A stretch of DNA of 37,413 bases from Octopus bimaculoides (GCF_001194135.2 NC_068982.1:119692362-119729774), one strand, 5' to 3'; shown: positions 10,961 to 20,441, counted from the first letter of the stretch. Made by a program: numbers and translations. The notes: generated by a model from the sequence alone, not told the origin.

Positions 10961-11891
10961 CTTCTTTTTGCTGTCTCCAAACATCATTTCTACAAAAAAA
11001 AAAACAAAAAGACCAGACTTAGTCATAGGGAACACAGAACAGAGAATAGGAATCTTGCTAGAACTGACAGTACCATGGGAAGAAAACATCGACAATGCAG
11101 AGAAACGAAAGAATAAGAGATATGAAAAACTAATCGAAGAGTGCAGAGAACAAGGATGGACTGTCGAGTACTACNNNNNNNNNNNNNNNNNNNNNNNNNN
11201 NNNNNNNNNNNNNNNNNNNNNNNNNNNNNNNNNNNNNNNNNNNNNNNNNNNNNNNNNNNNNNNNNNNNNNNNNNNNNNNNNNNNNNNNNNNNNNNNNNNN
11301 NNNNNNNNNNNNNNNNNNNNNNNNNNNNNNNNNNNNNNNNNNNNNNNNNNNNNNNNNNNNNNNNNNNNNNNNNNNNNNNNNNNNNNNNNNNNNNNNNNNN
11401 NNNNNNNNNNNNNNNNNNNNNNNNNNNNNNNNNNNNNNNNNNNNNNNNNNNNNNNNNNNNNNNNGAAGTGGCTTCGCGCCCTCCATTGTCAGTTAAAGTT
11501 CAGACAGTGTCATGTGAGAACTTGCTGGGGCTACTTGCTGGAGCCTAGCAGCGGGACGTTTAGACAGTGTCATGTGACAACTTGCTGGTGCTGCCTACTG
11601 GACCCTAGCAGCGGGAAATTTAGACAGTGTCACGTGACAACTAGCTGGGGCTGGATGCTGGAGCCTAGCAGCAGATATAAAAAGGGAAACTGGACATGAC
11701 GATCAGTCGGACGCTGACACTCGTTGATGCTGCATCGAAGAGGCCAGGGAATAGAAGAAAGAAGACATGCACCCAACACCAGAGCTGAAGACACCTCCGA
11801 AAGGAGGGGCACCGCCACTCAAAACGGTAGAGGAGTAGGGGCCGAAACCGGGCGTGGTTCCTCCTGATGATGTCTTCAGCTAACTGGATCC
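10961..11891 (+). mobile_element. 5'-truncated HERO-like RLE retrotransposon nested antisense in the R4 element
   Basis: TKRPDLVIGN...ILLELTVPWEENIDNAEKRKNKRYEKLIEECREQGW (11003-11160) has the RPD..ELTVPWEE..RK..KY..L..C...GW pattern typical of HERO-clade RLE domains; EVASR follows the N-gap; a GC-richer 3' UTR ends ...ctgatgatgtcttcagctaactggatcc. Confidence 0.75.
11499..11673 (+). repeat. 60-bp minisatellite, ~2.9 copies
   Basis: agacagtgtca(t/c)gtga recurs at 11502, 11562 and 11622, an exact 60-bp period; units are about 80% identical by eye. Confidence 0.95.
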
Positions 11892-12363
11892 TATAAAGGA
11901 GCTGTTGTGGTAGCAGACCACGAAACATGGTTGAAATACCTTTTTTACTTTCTGTTGGTGGGACGTATAGTGATTTGCTTCTTTGCATGCAATAAACATC
12001 ATTACATGACTGATGGTTTTCCGTAAACAAATTACGTTTTTTTTTCTGTCTTCAAAACCCATGATGGTACTTTCTTTGTTATTTCAGCTTTGTTTACACT
12101 TTGAATATTATTCGTGTACTGTTTTACAGTAGTAGTCACCGTATATAGACAGGCGTTAATCTGCCAGTATGTGGGTTCATCACACTGTTGTAAATACTAA
12201 TCACCAATTTCGTTAACAGCTTTTAATACTGTATCTGGTGGTTTTTTTTTTTTTTACTTACTTTGGTAGAGAATACTCTCTCCTCGAGAGAGTCCTTTAA
12301 AGCCAAATTTCTTTTTTCTCTGAAAATTTCACTAAGGGCACATTTCACCAGCATATAACCCTG

Positions 12364-12406
12364 ACTACTACTACTACTACTACTACTGCTACTACTGCTA
12401 CTACTG

Positions 12407-12447
<41 letters not shown>

Positions 12448-12470
12448 GCTGCTGCTGCTACTACAACTAC
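12364..12470. repeat. (CTA)n/(CTG)n microsatellite inside the R4 ORF region
   Basis: Read directly; R4-like protein motifs occur on both sides. Confidence 0.95.
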
Positions 12471-12983
12471 ATTAAACGTTGCGGTTGTGACTGCTGTCTA
12501 CCATAGTCGTTCGTGGAGACAGTGATCATTTATTTGAGTCAGTAATGCAGTTTGCAATTTTTGAGTTTTCAATAAAGTTACAGTTACTAACCTTCTTTCT
12601 ATGCTCTGGAATGTTGCTTATTGGCGTAGTTGCTTCGCAGTAAAATGATTTAATTCTGGATGCAGATCGTCCCAATATGATTTCAATCGATTCATATAGC
12701 AAATAACTGAGTTTTGTTTCGCTTTTTCGTAGCATTTAAATACATCATTATTCAATTCTTAACTCCAAGTGAAATGAGTTTTGTAGTTACGGTTTCTTCT
12801 ATAACTACAACAGAAAGAATTTGTTTACCTATTAGCTGTTGTTTCTGTTCTGTTCGTCGATTGTGCTGTTGATGTTGTGTCCAGCCATGTTATTTGTAGT
12901 AACTCTCTGTATGTAATATTCAAGTTTCAGTCGAAAATCACTACAATTGTAAACAAAAGATTCCCTCAATCAATTCACCTGAA

Positions 12984-13079
12984 GATTAACTAGTTATTTA
13001 ACAAGGTTGCTAGTTGTGGCGCCAAAGGTGGAGGTAGTATTCATCCTATATTCGATAAATAGTCTCCCACGCCAAATAC
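12984..13079 (-). ncRNA. Degenerate HDV-like self-cleaving ribozyme candidate at the 5' end of the R4 element
   Basis: Minus strand reads gtatttggc ... gaatact ACC TCCACCTT TGGC gccacaac ta gcaac ctt gtt aaata acta gttaatc. This resembles the P1/P2/P3-L3/P1'/P4/J4-2/P2' order of HDV-like ribozymes; several pairings are broken. Confidence 0.3.
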
Positions 13080-13391
13080 GCGACTTGTCGCTTCGAATAT
13101 TTGTTGCATGTATGTATGCATGTATGTATGTATGTATATGTATATATAATGAGAATTAAGAACGAATATTTGATGATGACAGAACCTCACACATCGATCT
13201 TCTTAATGAGCATCTCATGTGCATTCTGCAACCCTATATTTCGAAGTCATGCAACAAATACGTGCATCTTGTATCTAAGTAATTATGCCGTTCTAGTAGT
13301 CACATTAACGAAGCATACTGTGTAGAAAAACTGATAACCGTCGTCGCGACGACTGTGTTTATCAAATATACCTACACGTACATCACACGTG

Positions 13392-13578
13392 GAGGTACAT
13401 GGCCTAGTGATTAGAGTTGCAGACTTGCGGTCGAGGGATCGCGGCTTCGAATCTCAGACCGGGCGATGTGTGTGTTTATGAACGAAACACCTAAACTTCA
13501 CGCGCCTCCGACAGCATGCAATGGCTAACTATAGCTGACTCTTTCGCCATAACTTTCTCTCATTCTTTCCTCCTGCAT
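13392..13578 (+). mobile_element. tRNA-derived SINE family B, 5' part
   Basis: A-box-like tggcctagtgattag and B-box-like ggcttcgaatctc; continues cagaccggg...gaaacacctaaa...ctctttc.cca.aactttctctca, collinear with 33829-34020. Confidence 0.7.
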
Positions 13579-13729
13579 CTAGCTCCTTAGGTGCAATCCA
13601 CAAGGAGTGGACCTAAGGGCTTAACCTCATGGATCTACGCAGAATTACACCTAAGGACTCATGCTCTGGTTTGTATAACTTCGGAAAGTTGAGCTATGAA
13701 TTTTTATGCCTCTTTTCTCTTATTTCCTT

Positions 13730-13930
13730 CCATCTCTTTATTCTTTTACTCTTTTCCTATATGTTGTCATCTTATTAATATATACCATTCTCATTTTCCG
13801 TATTTGTCTCTGATGATGGAATATCCCATACTCGTGGATACCCCAGAAACAGGTGTTAGATTTTGAATTTCTTCCTATAGTAATATTGTATATGACTTGA
13901 GATGTTTGCTTTGCTTTATCGTTTGGTCTC
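13730..13930 (-). mobile_element. Possible Penelope-like GIY-YIG remnant
   Basis: ORF 13738-13941 contains SQVIYNIT and HHQRQIR, loosely like VIY.ITC and H..QIR of PLE endonucleases; key residues are missing. Confidence 0.2.
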
Positions 13931-14409
13931 CTGTTTAACAATTATATATATTTCGAAACGCGGAGTAGATTGAGCAGAGACACCCGAAGAAGGGTAATAT
14001 TCTTTATGTTGCATGTCTCGTTTCTCTGTTTCTTTTTTGGTTGTTCGAAAAAATTCATTTACTGTCTTCGTCTTTATGTTTTCGTTTCTCATTGTGTTTA
14101 ACGATTTTTGTGATGTCCTGTACCCATATATGCTTGTATGTATACATATAGATGTCGGTATGTACATATATGTATGGATATATGCATATAATTATATATT
14201 ATTTATGATATTCTATATATACATATATATATATATTTCCTTTCTCGAGCGTCCAATAACACTATCCGTATCACGTCCTCACTTTGTTNNNNNNNNNNNN
14301 NNNNNNNNNNNNNNNNNNNNNNNNNNNNNNNNNNNNNNNNNNNNNNNNNNNNNNNNNNNNNNNNNNNNNNNNNNNNNNNNNNNNNNNNNNNNNNNNNNNN
14401 NNNNNNNNN

Positions 14410-14449
<40 letters not shown>

Positions 14450-14806
14450 AACATACTCACAGTATGCCAGCAACAAATAAAGACAAAGATTTGATTTACT
14501 TGACTGTGAGCTCAGCATTAAGCACCCAGCTGTTCATGCCGGCCTACTTGTTGACATGCCTAGATTCTAACTAATCATGTACTTGATTTATGTATGTATC
14601 TGTGTGTGTGTATATATATAAAGAGACAGGGTTTCAGAGAAAAATTAATTCAAAAATTTATAGTAGACATTTGATCTGAAATTCTGTTTCCTGTTTATTC
14701 AACATCTGTTCAGTTAATCTTTATATATTGAATCATATATTATATAAACACATATAATATACTATATGTATATGCGTATGCACATATGTGTGTGTGCATT
14801 ATATTC

Positions 14807-14808
14807 AT

Positions 14809-14851
<43 letters not shown>

Positions 14852-14918
14852 CATACATACATACATACATACATTTACACACATATATGTACAGAATATA
14901 TATATATATATATATATA
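14807..14918. repeat. (AGAT)n-(ACAT)n-(TA)n compound microsatellite
   Basis: Read directly. Confidence 0.9.
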
Positions 14919-15099
14919 AATGTGTATGTGTAAGTGTGTCTCTGTGGGGGAGGGGGATATATAGATGTGAGGCATGATTATTTTTCTAAATAAGTCATGT
15001 TTTCTAATCTCAGAGTAGTGTTGTTTACTGTGGATAAAAATATCCACATACGGTTGTAAGGTGACAAACATAAATGAAAATAAGAAGTTTGTAAGAAAA

Positions 15100-15800
15100 T
15101 TTATGAAATGGTTAATTATTTTTAATTCGAATTCGTGTTATGTATGCTTTCTCTCTGGAAGAGGATTACCGGTTTTTGTCTTTTTTAATTTTCTGTTTTT
15201 TTGGAGGGGAGGGGGATGCAAAAGTTCTGTAAAGTATGCGTGTAAACGCATTGTCATAATTTCACTTGTAACATTGGATGTAACATTCTTTTTGCCTATC
15301 TTCAGAAGTTAATATGTTTTGCTAAAGAGGCATCTGATATTTTCAAGAATGATAATCAATGTATCCATATATTGAATACACCGGGAATATACCATTACAT
15401 TATGTACTATACATTTTCTGCCATACATGTCGCAGATAACAAGTAGTAAAACTTAAGGAAGTTGATGTTTTAATTAGATTCGGAGTTCTTAAAATTGTTT
15501 TGATAATAAATAATGACAGCAATATTTTTTCATAAGAATAACTCATTTTAATTGAATTCGCCTTAAAAATGTTATTACATTTATGTTTATTCAGTAGTAA
15601 CAGATGTGTTCGGCATTAGTATCGCATACTTTTATATTGAAATGACAGTTTTGAAAACTACATAGGCCTTTAATATGTTTTGTCTCTTCGTGTTATTGTA
15701 ATTTTCTCTTAGCAAACCAATTTCTTCTTGTGTTTCATTATACTTCAATGTCTTTTTGTAGTAATTCATGGTGATGTTAAATGAATATCTTAAGAAATTG
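15100..15800 (-). mobile_element. Penelope-like element remnant (RT C-terminus/linker plus GIY-YIG endonuclease)
   Basis: Minus-strand motifs in order: HKCNNIFKANSIKMSYS (~15586-15536; cf. HK..KIFN.NT.K.SYS), CMAENV*Y (~15428-15405; cf. C...NVVY), YID (cf. YIG), SLAKHI (cf. LSKHIW). Heavily frameshifted. Confidence 0.5.
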
Positions 15801-16050
15801 TAAAAAGACATCAGTTACTATATTTGGCCGAATCAATTAAAATATTATGCGCGTATTTAGATATACATTCCCACACTAAAAATTTCCTTTAGGTTTCTAA
15901 CAATAATGTTTACAATTTTGTGATTTAAGTATTATGTCGGGGAAACTGACAGCGTTGTTGGTGCAGTGCATGAATTTTTAAACTTAATTTATTGAGTAAG
16001 CCACTTTGATTCTTCACAAATGCATCGGTTTGATCGACATTTAAATTTCG

Positions 16051-16458
16051 TAGGCTGTGTAATAAGAAGCTTGCTTCCCAACTAATTGATTCCGGGTTCC
16101 GTCCCACTGCATGGGTAAGTGACTTCTTTAGCTTCGGGCCGACCAAAGCCTTGTGAGCGGATTTGGATTTGGTAGACGGAAACTGAATGAAGCCTGTCGT
16201 ATATATATATATATNNNNNNNNNNNNNNNNNNNNNNNNNNNNNNNNNTGTATATATTTGTGTGTGTGTGTGTGTATGTTTGCCCCCCCTGACAACCCATG
16301 ATGGTATGTTTACGTCCCCGTAACTTACCGGTTCGCCAAAACAAACCGATAGAATAAGTAATTGGCGTGCAAAGTATTAAGTCCTGCGGTCGATTTGTTC
16401 GACTAAAGGCGGTGCTCCAACATGACTGAAGTCAAATAACTGAAACAATATAAAAGGA
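16051..16458 (+). mobile_element. tRNA-derived SINE family C with an internal (TA)/(TG) microsatellite
   Basis: tRNA-like head (ctgtgtaataagaagcttgcttccc...ccgggttccgtccc), central block gggccgaccaaagccttgtgag...ggtagacggaaactga, internal microsatellite and gap, and tail ...actgaaacaatataaaagg. A similar tail fragment ctgaaacaagtaaaagagtaaaagag occurs at ~24537-24562. Confidence 0.65.
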
Positions 16459-16482
16459 TATCAGTATAGCATATATATATAT

Positions 16483-17053
16483 GAACACTTTCATCAGAGA
16501 TGTCTGAGGCACACTCTGCATGTTGGCCGGACCTTAAAAGCTCCAGACACACAAGTCCTGAGGAACGCTGATGTCTTCAGTATTCAGGCGATGATGCACA
16601 AGCACCGGTTAGGATGGACTACATAAATTTTTTACAATGACGGATAGCAAGATCCCTAAAAAGATGCCAGATGGAAAAATTGTTCAGGGAAAGAGTCCTC
16701 GGTAAAATCCAAGGCTGCGACTTACGGACTGTGCTAAGTCCTCATTAAAGGCCAATGATATGCAGGAGGCCTACTGGAAGTGCAATGCCTGTAATTTACA
16801 CAGATGGAGAAGGCAGGTTAAGGAGGGGGTCGACACCTTTGAGAGAGCATGTATTTTGCATGAAGAATTCAAGCGTGCTGCTTGAAAGCGCGCTGCTAGT
16901 GTAGTGAATGGAGAAAGTGTGGTTTGCAATGTTTACAGTTCCTGTAAGTTTGTCAAGAGCAAGGCTCATCAGCCTCCAACGCAGCCGCAAAAGCAGAAGA
17001 ACGCACAATGTTCTTAAAAGTGAGCAATGGTCTTCCTCAGTCAAGAGTGGACG

Positions 17054-17059
<6 letters not shown>
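16483..17059 (+). mobile_element. RTE-clade (BovB-like) LINE, decayed 3' fragment
   Basis: The frame from 16483 reads EHFHQRCLRHTLH...QVLRNADVFSIQAMMHKHRLGW...MTDSKIPKK...QGKSPR*NPRLRLTDCAKSSL...WRRQVKEGVDTFE, matching the RTE C-terminal pattern (FHQRCLR, LRW.GH, M.D.R.PK, W...V..G...FE). A short 3' UTR ends ggacggccatc and is followed by (AT)n. Confidence 0.8.
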
Positions 17060-17104
<45 letters not shown>

Positions 17105-17107
17105 TAA

Positions 17108-17182
<75 letters not shown>
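17060..17182. repeat. (TA)n-(GA)n-(TAGA)n compound microsatellite
   Basis: Read directly. Confidence 0.95.
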
Positions 17183-17522
17183 TGTATACACATGTATGTG
17201 CGTATTTTGTCTGCTGCGTATGCAAGTTAGTAGTGCTTGCAAATATTTTAGTATGATTTTTTTTTTCTTTTATCCAACAAATTTTTCGTTTACGCCAATG
17301 AAGTAATTAATTATCACAAAATTAATATTTTTTGCTGTTCGATTCTTTCATCTTTCAATGATTTCCTCCGATCGATCGAATGAATTTCTCTCATTGTAAA
17401 CGATTTCAACATCTAAGAAGAAATGCATTAATACATTATAAGCAAATCTAGACAAGAAACACATAAAATAATTATTATGCCGTCGTTTTATTATCATTGT
17501 CGTCAGTATTATATTTACTATT

Positions 17523-17523
<1 letters not shown>

Positions 17524-17583
<60 letters not shown>

Positions 17584-17604
17584 CATCATCATCATCATCA
17601 TCAT
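17524..17604. repeat. (ATT)n-(ATC)n microsatellite
   Basis: Read directly. Confidence 0.95.
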
Positions 17605-18044
17605 TAATTATTATCAGTATTATCATACCTTTGATGAACAATTTGATAGAGCTCACGACAAAAACTTGAGGAGTTTCAATTGCAGATGTGTACGATTTAC
17701 GGTGTTCTTTGCTCGTTAAAGCATTTAAACAACTGCCAAATACGTATGTCAATAAAAATCCTCTGTACTTTCGTACTACTTTTTAATGAGTGGATAATGA
17801 CTCGTGTAAGAAGCCATTGTTATTGTTGGTATTATTTTTGCTTCATGATTATCAGTATTATTTTTAATATTATCATTATTTCTTCATTATTTAACGGTGG
17901 TGGTTCAATAGAATTGGTGGATTCGGAGATTACACACAATACGGTATTATAGGAAGTAACTTTTCATTTTTGCCCACCAATCCATACTCAGCCATCTTTT
18001 CATTTCATCCTTCCAAGTATCGATAACAGAAAAAACTTTTCATG

Positions 18045-19272
18045 TAAGGTGTCCCATAAGTTCTGTCCGGTTTTACCTTCTTTTTTTTTTTAAATTGAAT
18101 GAAATTTAATTGTATTTTAGAATGCCTAATGGAATTAAAAATTATTTTTATGCATTTGTATACATTTAAACTAATTAGATATTATTTTACAGAATAATAG
18201 AATTAAAATTTCTTTGATTAAACCCCTTTCTAACATGGAAGTATCCAAAGAGCATTTAAGGCACACAATGCTTTATGAGTACAAAATAGGAAACTCTGCA
18301 GCCGAAGCGACTCGAAACATACACTCAGTTTATGGGAAAGAATGCTTGAATGAAAGAACTTGCAGAAGACGGTTTGCAACATTCAGAAGTGGAGATTTCA
18401 GCCTTGAAGATGTAGATCGAACAGGACGTCCAGTTGAGTTTTATTATAAGCTCCTTGAGGCATTACTTGAAGAAAATCCTGCATTGTCGGTTGAAGAATT
18501 GGCAATAAATCTTAGTTCAAACCATACAACTGTTCATCGTCATCTTCAACAACATGGAAAGGTTCCTAAACTTGGAAAATGTGTGCCTCAGGAATTGTCC
18601 GAAAGCAACCGCAAATCCCGATTTGACATCTGATCTTCTCTCCATTCTCGAAAGCTCATTTCATCCTTTTTGGTTAGACTTGTGACTGGTGACGGAAAAT
18701 GGATCTTCTGTTGAAATGTTAAACGTCGTAAACAGTGACTTGGTAAAAATGAAAAAAGCCCATCCACAACCGAGAAAGAAAGTCCAAGGAAAAAAGGTTC
18801 TTCTCTCTAACTGGTGGGATGGCAAAGGAGTAATTCACTTTGAATTGTTGCCACCTAATGCAACAATCAATGTTCAAGTCTACTGTCAGTAATTAGACCG
18901 TTTGAACCAAGCATTGAAGAAAAAAAGACCCGCTTTAGTGAATCGAAAAGGAGTGATGTTTCATCAGGACAAAACGCGACCCCACACTGCAAAGATCAGA
19001 GAAGATCAAAGAGCTTGGTTGGGAAAAAATCCTCATCCACCTTATTCTCCCGACCTTGCTCGTTTAGACTATCATTTCCTTCGTAGTTTACAGAATCATT
19101 TGGAGGGCACAACTTTCGCAAGCCAGGGGGAGTTCAAAACTGAAATTTCAGAGTTCTTCGCTTTGAAACCAAAACAGATTTACATTGATGATTAAATTTC
19201 AATTAAATATAACATTTGATCATTTGTTTTCTTTATTCAAAATTCGGACAGAACTTATGGGTTGACATGATA
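18045..19272 (+). mobile_element. Mariner (DD34D, Tc1/mariner) DNA transposon, near full length, decayed
   Basis: Inverted repeat core cccataagttctgtccg (18053-18069) / cggacagaacttatggg (19245-19261); TA at 18045-46 and 19271-72; ~1.23 kb long; encloses a transposase pseudogene. Confidence 0.92.
18235..19195 (+). pseudogene. Mariner transposase pseudogene
   Basis: MEVSKEHLRHTMLYEY...FRSGDFSLED..RTGRP, CVPQEL (cf. WVPHEL), VTGDGKW, FHQDKTRPH, HPPYSPDLARLDYHF; several stops and frameshifts. Confidence 0.93.
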
Positions 19273-19305
19273 TTTGGATCCTGCGATAACCCATCCCTAA
19301 GATTT

Positions 19306-19306
19306 A

Positions 19307-19367
<61 letters not shown>

Positions 19368-19435
19368 CATCATCATCATCATCAGCAGCAGCAGAAGCAG
19401 CTGTAGGAGTAGTAGTAGTAGTAGTAGTAGTAGCA
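19306..19435. repeat. (ATT)n-(ATC)n-(AGC)n-(AGT)n compound microsatellite
   Basis: Read directly. Confidence 0.95.
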
Positions 19436-19446
19436 GTCGTATATGA

Positions 19447-19620
19447 GGCGGTGAGCTAGTAGAATCCTTAACACGTCGTGCAAAATGCTTAGCGGCAGTT
19501 TGTCCGTCTTTACGTTCTGAGTTCAAATTCCACCGACATCGACTTTGTCTTTCATACTACGGAATCAATAGAATAAATACCAGTTGACCATTCAGGCTGT
19601 TGTAATTGATTAGATCCTGT
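19447..19620 (+). mobile_element. tRNA-derived SINE family A, diverged copy
   Basis: ggcggtgagctagtagaa...aaatgcttagcgg...ttacgttctgagttcaaattcc...cgactttgtctttcat...accagtt is collinear with 5201-5370. Confidence 0.8.
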
Positions 19621-19930
19621 CACTATAACTACTACTAGTAGTAGAGAAGTTGACTGGCATATTATTAAGACAAATGGGCCGAAATCATTCCGATGTTTGG
19701 TCTAGTCATAATGATAGTCATTTCAAATATTATAGAATATTTCCTTTCAGTAAGATAATCTATGGATTTTGCTCATTGCACAAAGGATTATCATTATTAT
19801 TTAAAAACTTGTCCAAAGAATAATGAGGATATGATTATTTATTTATATATTCACAAGAATATACCCGTTGTACTTCTGAAGATTGCTATGTGTAAAGAAT
19901 TCTCGTGCTTTAGAAGATACTGGAAATCAT

Positions 19931-20301
19931 AATGTTGTTGGCATTCCGTCGCTTACGACGTCGAGGGTTCCAGTTGATCCAATCAACGGAACAGCCTGCT
20001 CGTGAAATTAACGTGAAAGTGGCTGAGCACTCCACAGACACGAGTACCTTTAACGTAGTTCTCGGGGGAAATTCAGCGTGACACAGTGTGACAAGGCTAA
20101 CCCTTTGAATTACAGGCACAACAGAAACAGGAGGTAATAGTGAGGGAAAGTTGTGGTGAAAGAGTACAGCAGGGTTCGCCACCATCCCCTGCCGGAGCCT
20201 CGTGGGGCTTTAGGTGTTTTCGCTCAATAAACACTCACAACGCCTGGTCTGGGAATTGAAACCGCGAGTCCTCTGCCCTAACCACAAGGCCATTGCGCCT
20301 C
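19931..20301 (-). mobile_element. tRNA-derived SINE family B, near full-length copy
   Basis: Reverse complement aligns end to end with 33829-34205, with a ~14-bp deletion in the tRNA head; (AAC)-type tail. Confidence 0.88.
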
Positions 20302-20334
20302 TACTCACTCGATCAAGTACACTTGTTTATACTA

Positions 20335-20342
20335 TTCTTCTT

Positions 20343-20441
<99 letters not shown>
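20335..20441. repeat. (CTT)n-(ATT)n microsatellite
   Basis: Read directly. Confidence 0.95.

Larger units (their letters stand above)
8345..12888 (-). pseudogene. Disrupted single ORF of the R4-clade element (N-terminal domain, reverse transcriptase, CCHC, RLE)
   Basis: ORF-track pieces 11880-12062, 10844-11095 (C-terminal half), 10134-10472, 9060-9974, 8722-8940 and 8368-8559 are collinear parts of one protein with multiple stops and frameshifts. A candidate start ATG is at 12888 (inferred). Confidence 0.85.
8300..13100 (-). mobile_element. Near full-length R4-clade RLE non-LTR retrotransposon (decayed), interrupted by a HERO-like insertion and a (CTA)n tract
   Basis: In order on the minus strand: N-terminal WS*ELNNDVFKCYEKAKQNSVICYMNRLKSYWDDLHPE (~12780-12655); PSW...CLRKTISH (~12070-12010); LKQELQAVSEKLRHQK; SFWRTIC; RT motifs HYRPI, DYMKAFDSVPHSW, KGIFQGDSLS (~10050-10020), HCLFVDDLKLY, FGQDKC; DRLFLKRKQGGRRL; CCHC CRLCGVQPEDITHIISSC (8940-8885); RLE KPDIMIWD...VVEICCP (~8685-8615); terminus QTQSITGTVKTC*TFQNFII*. 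Confidence 0.92.

Noticed and set aside
11499-11673. CRISPR-like array
   Set aside because: The units are contiguous tandem repeats with no unique spacers, there are no cas genes, and the context is eukaryotic.
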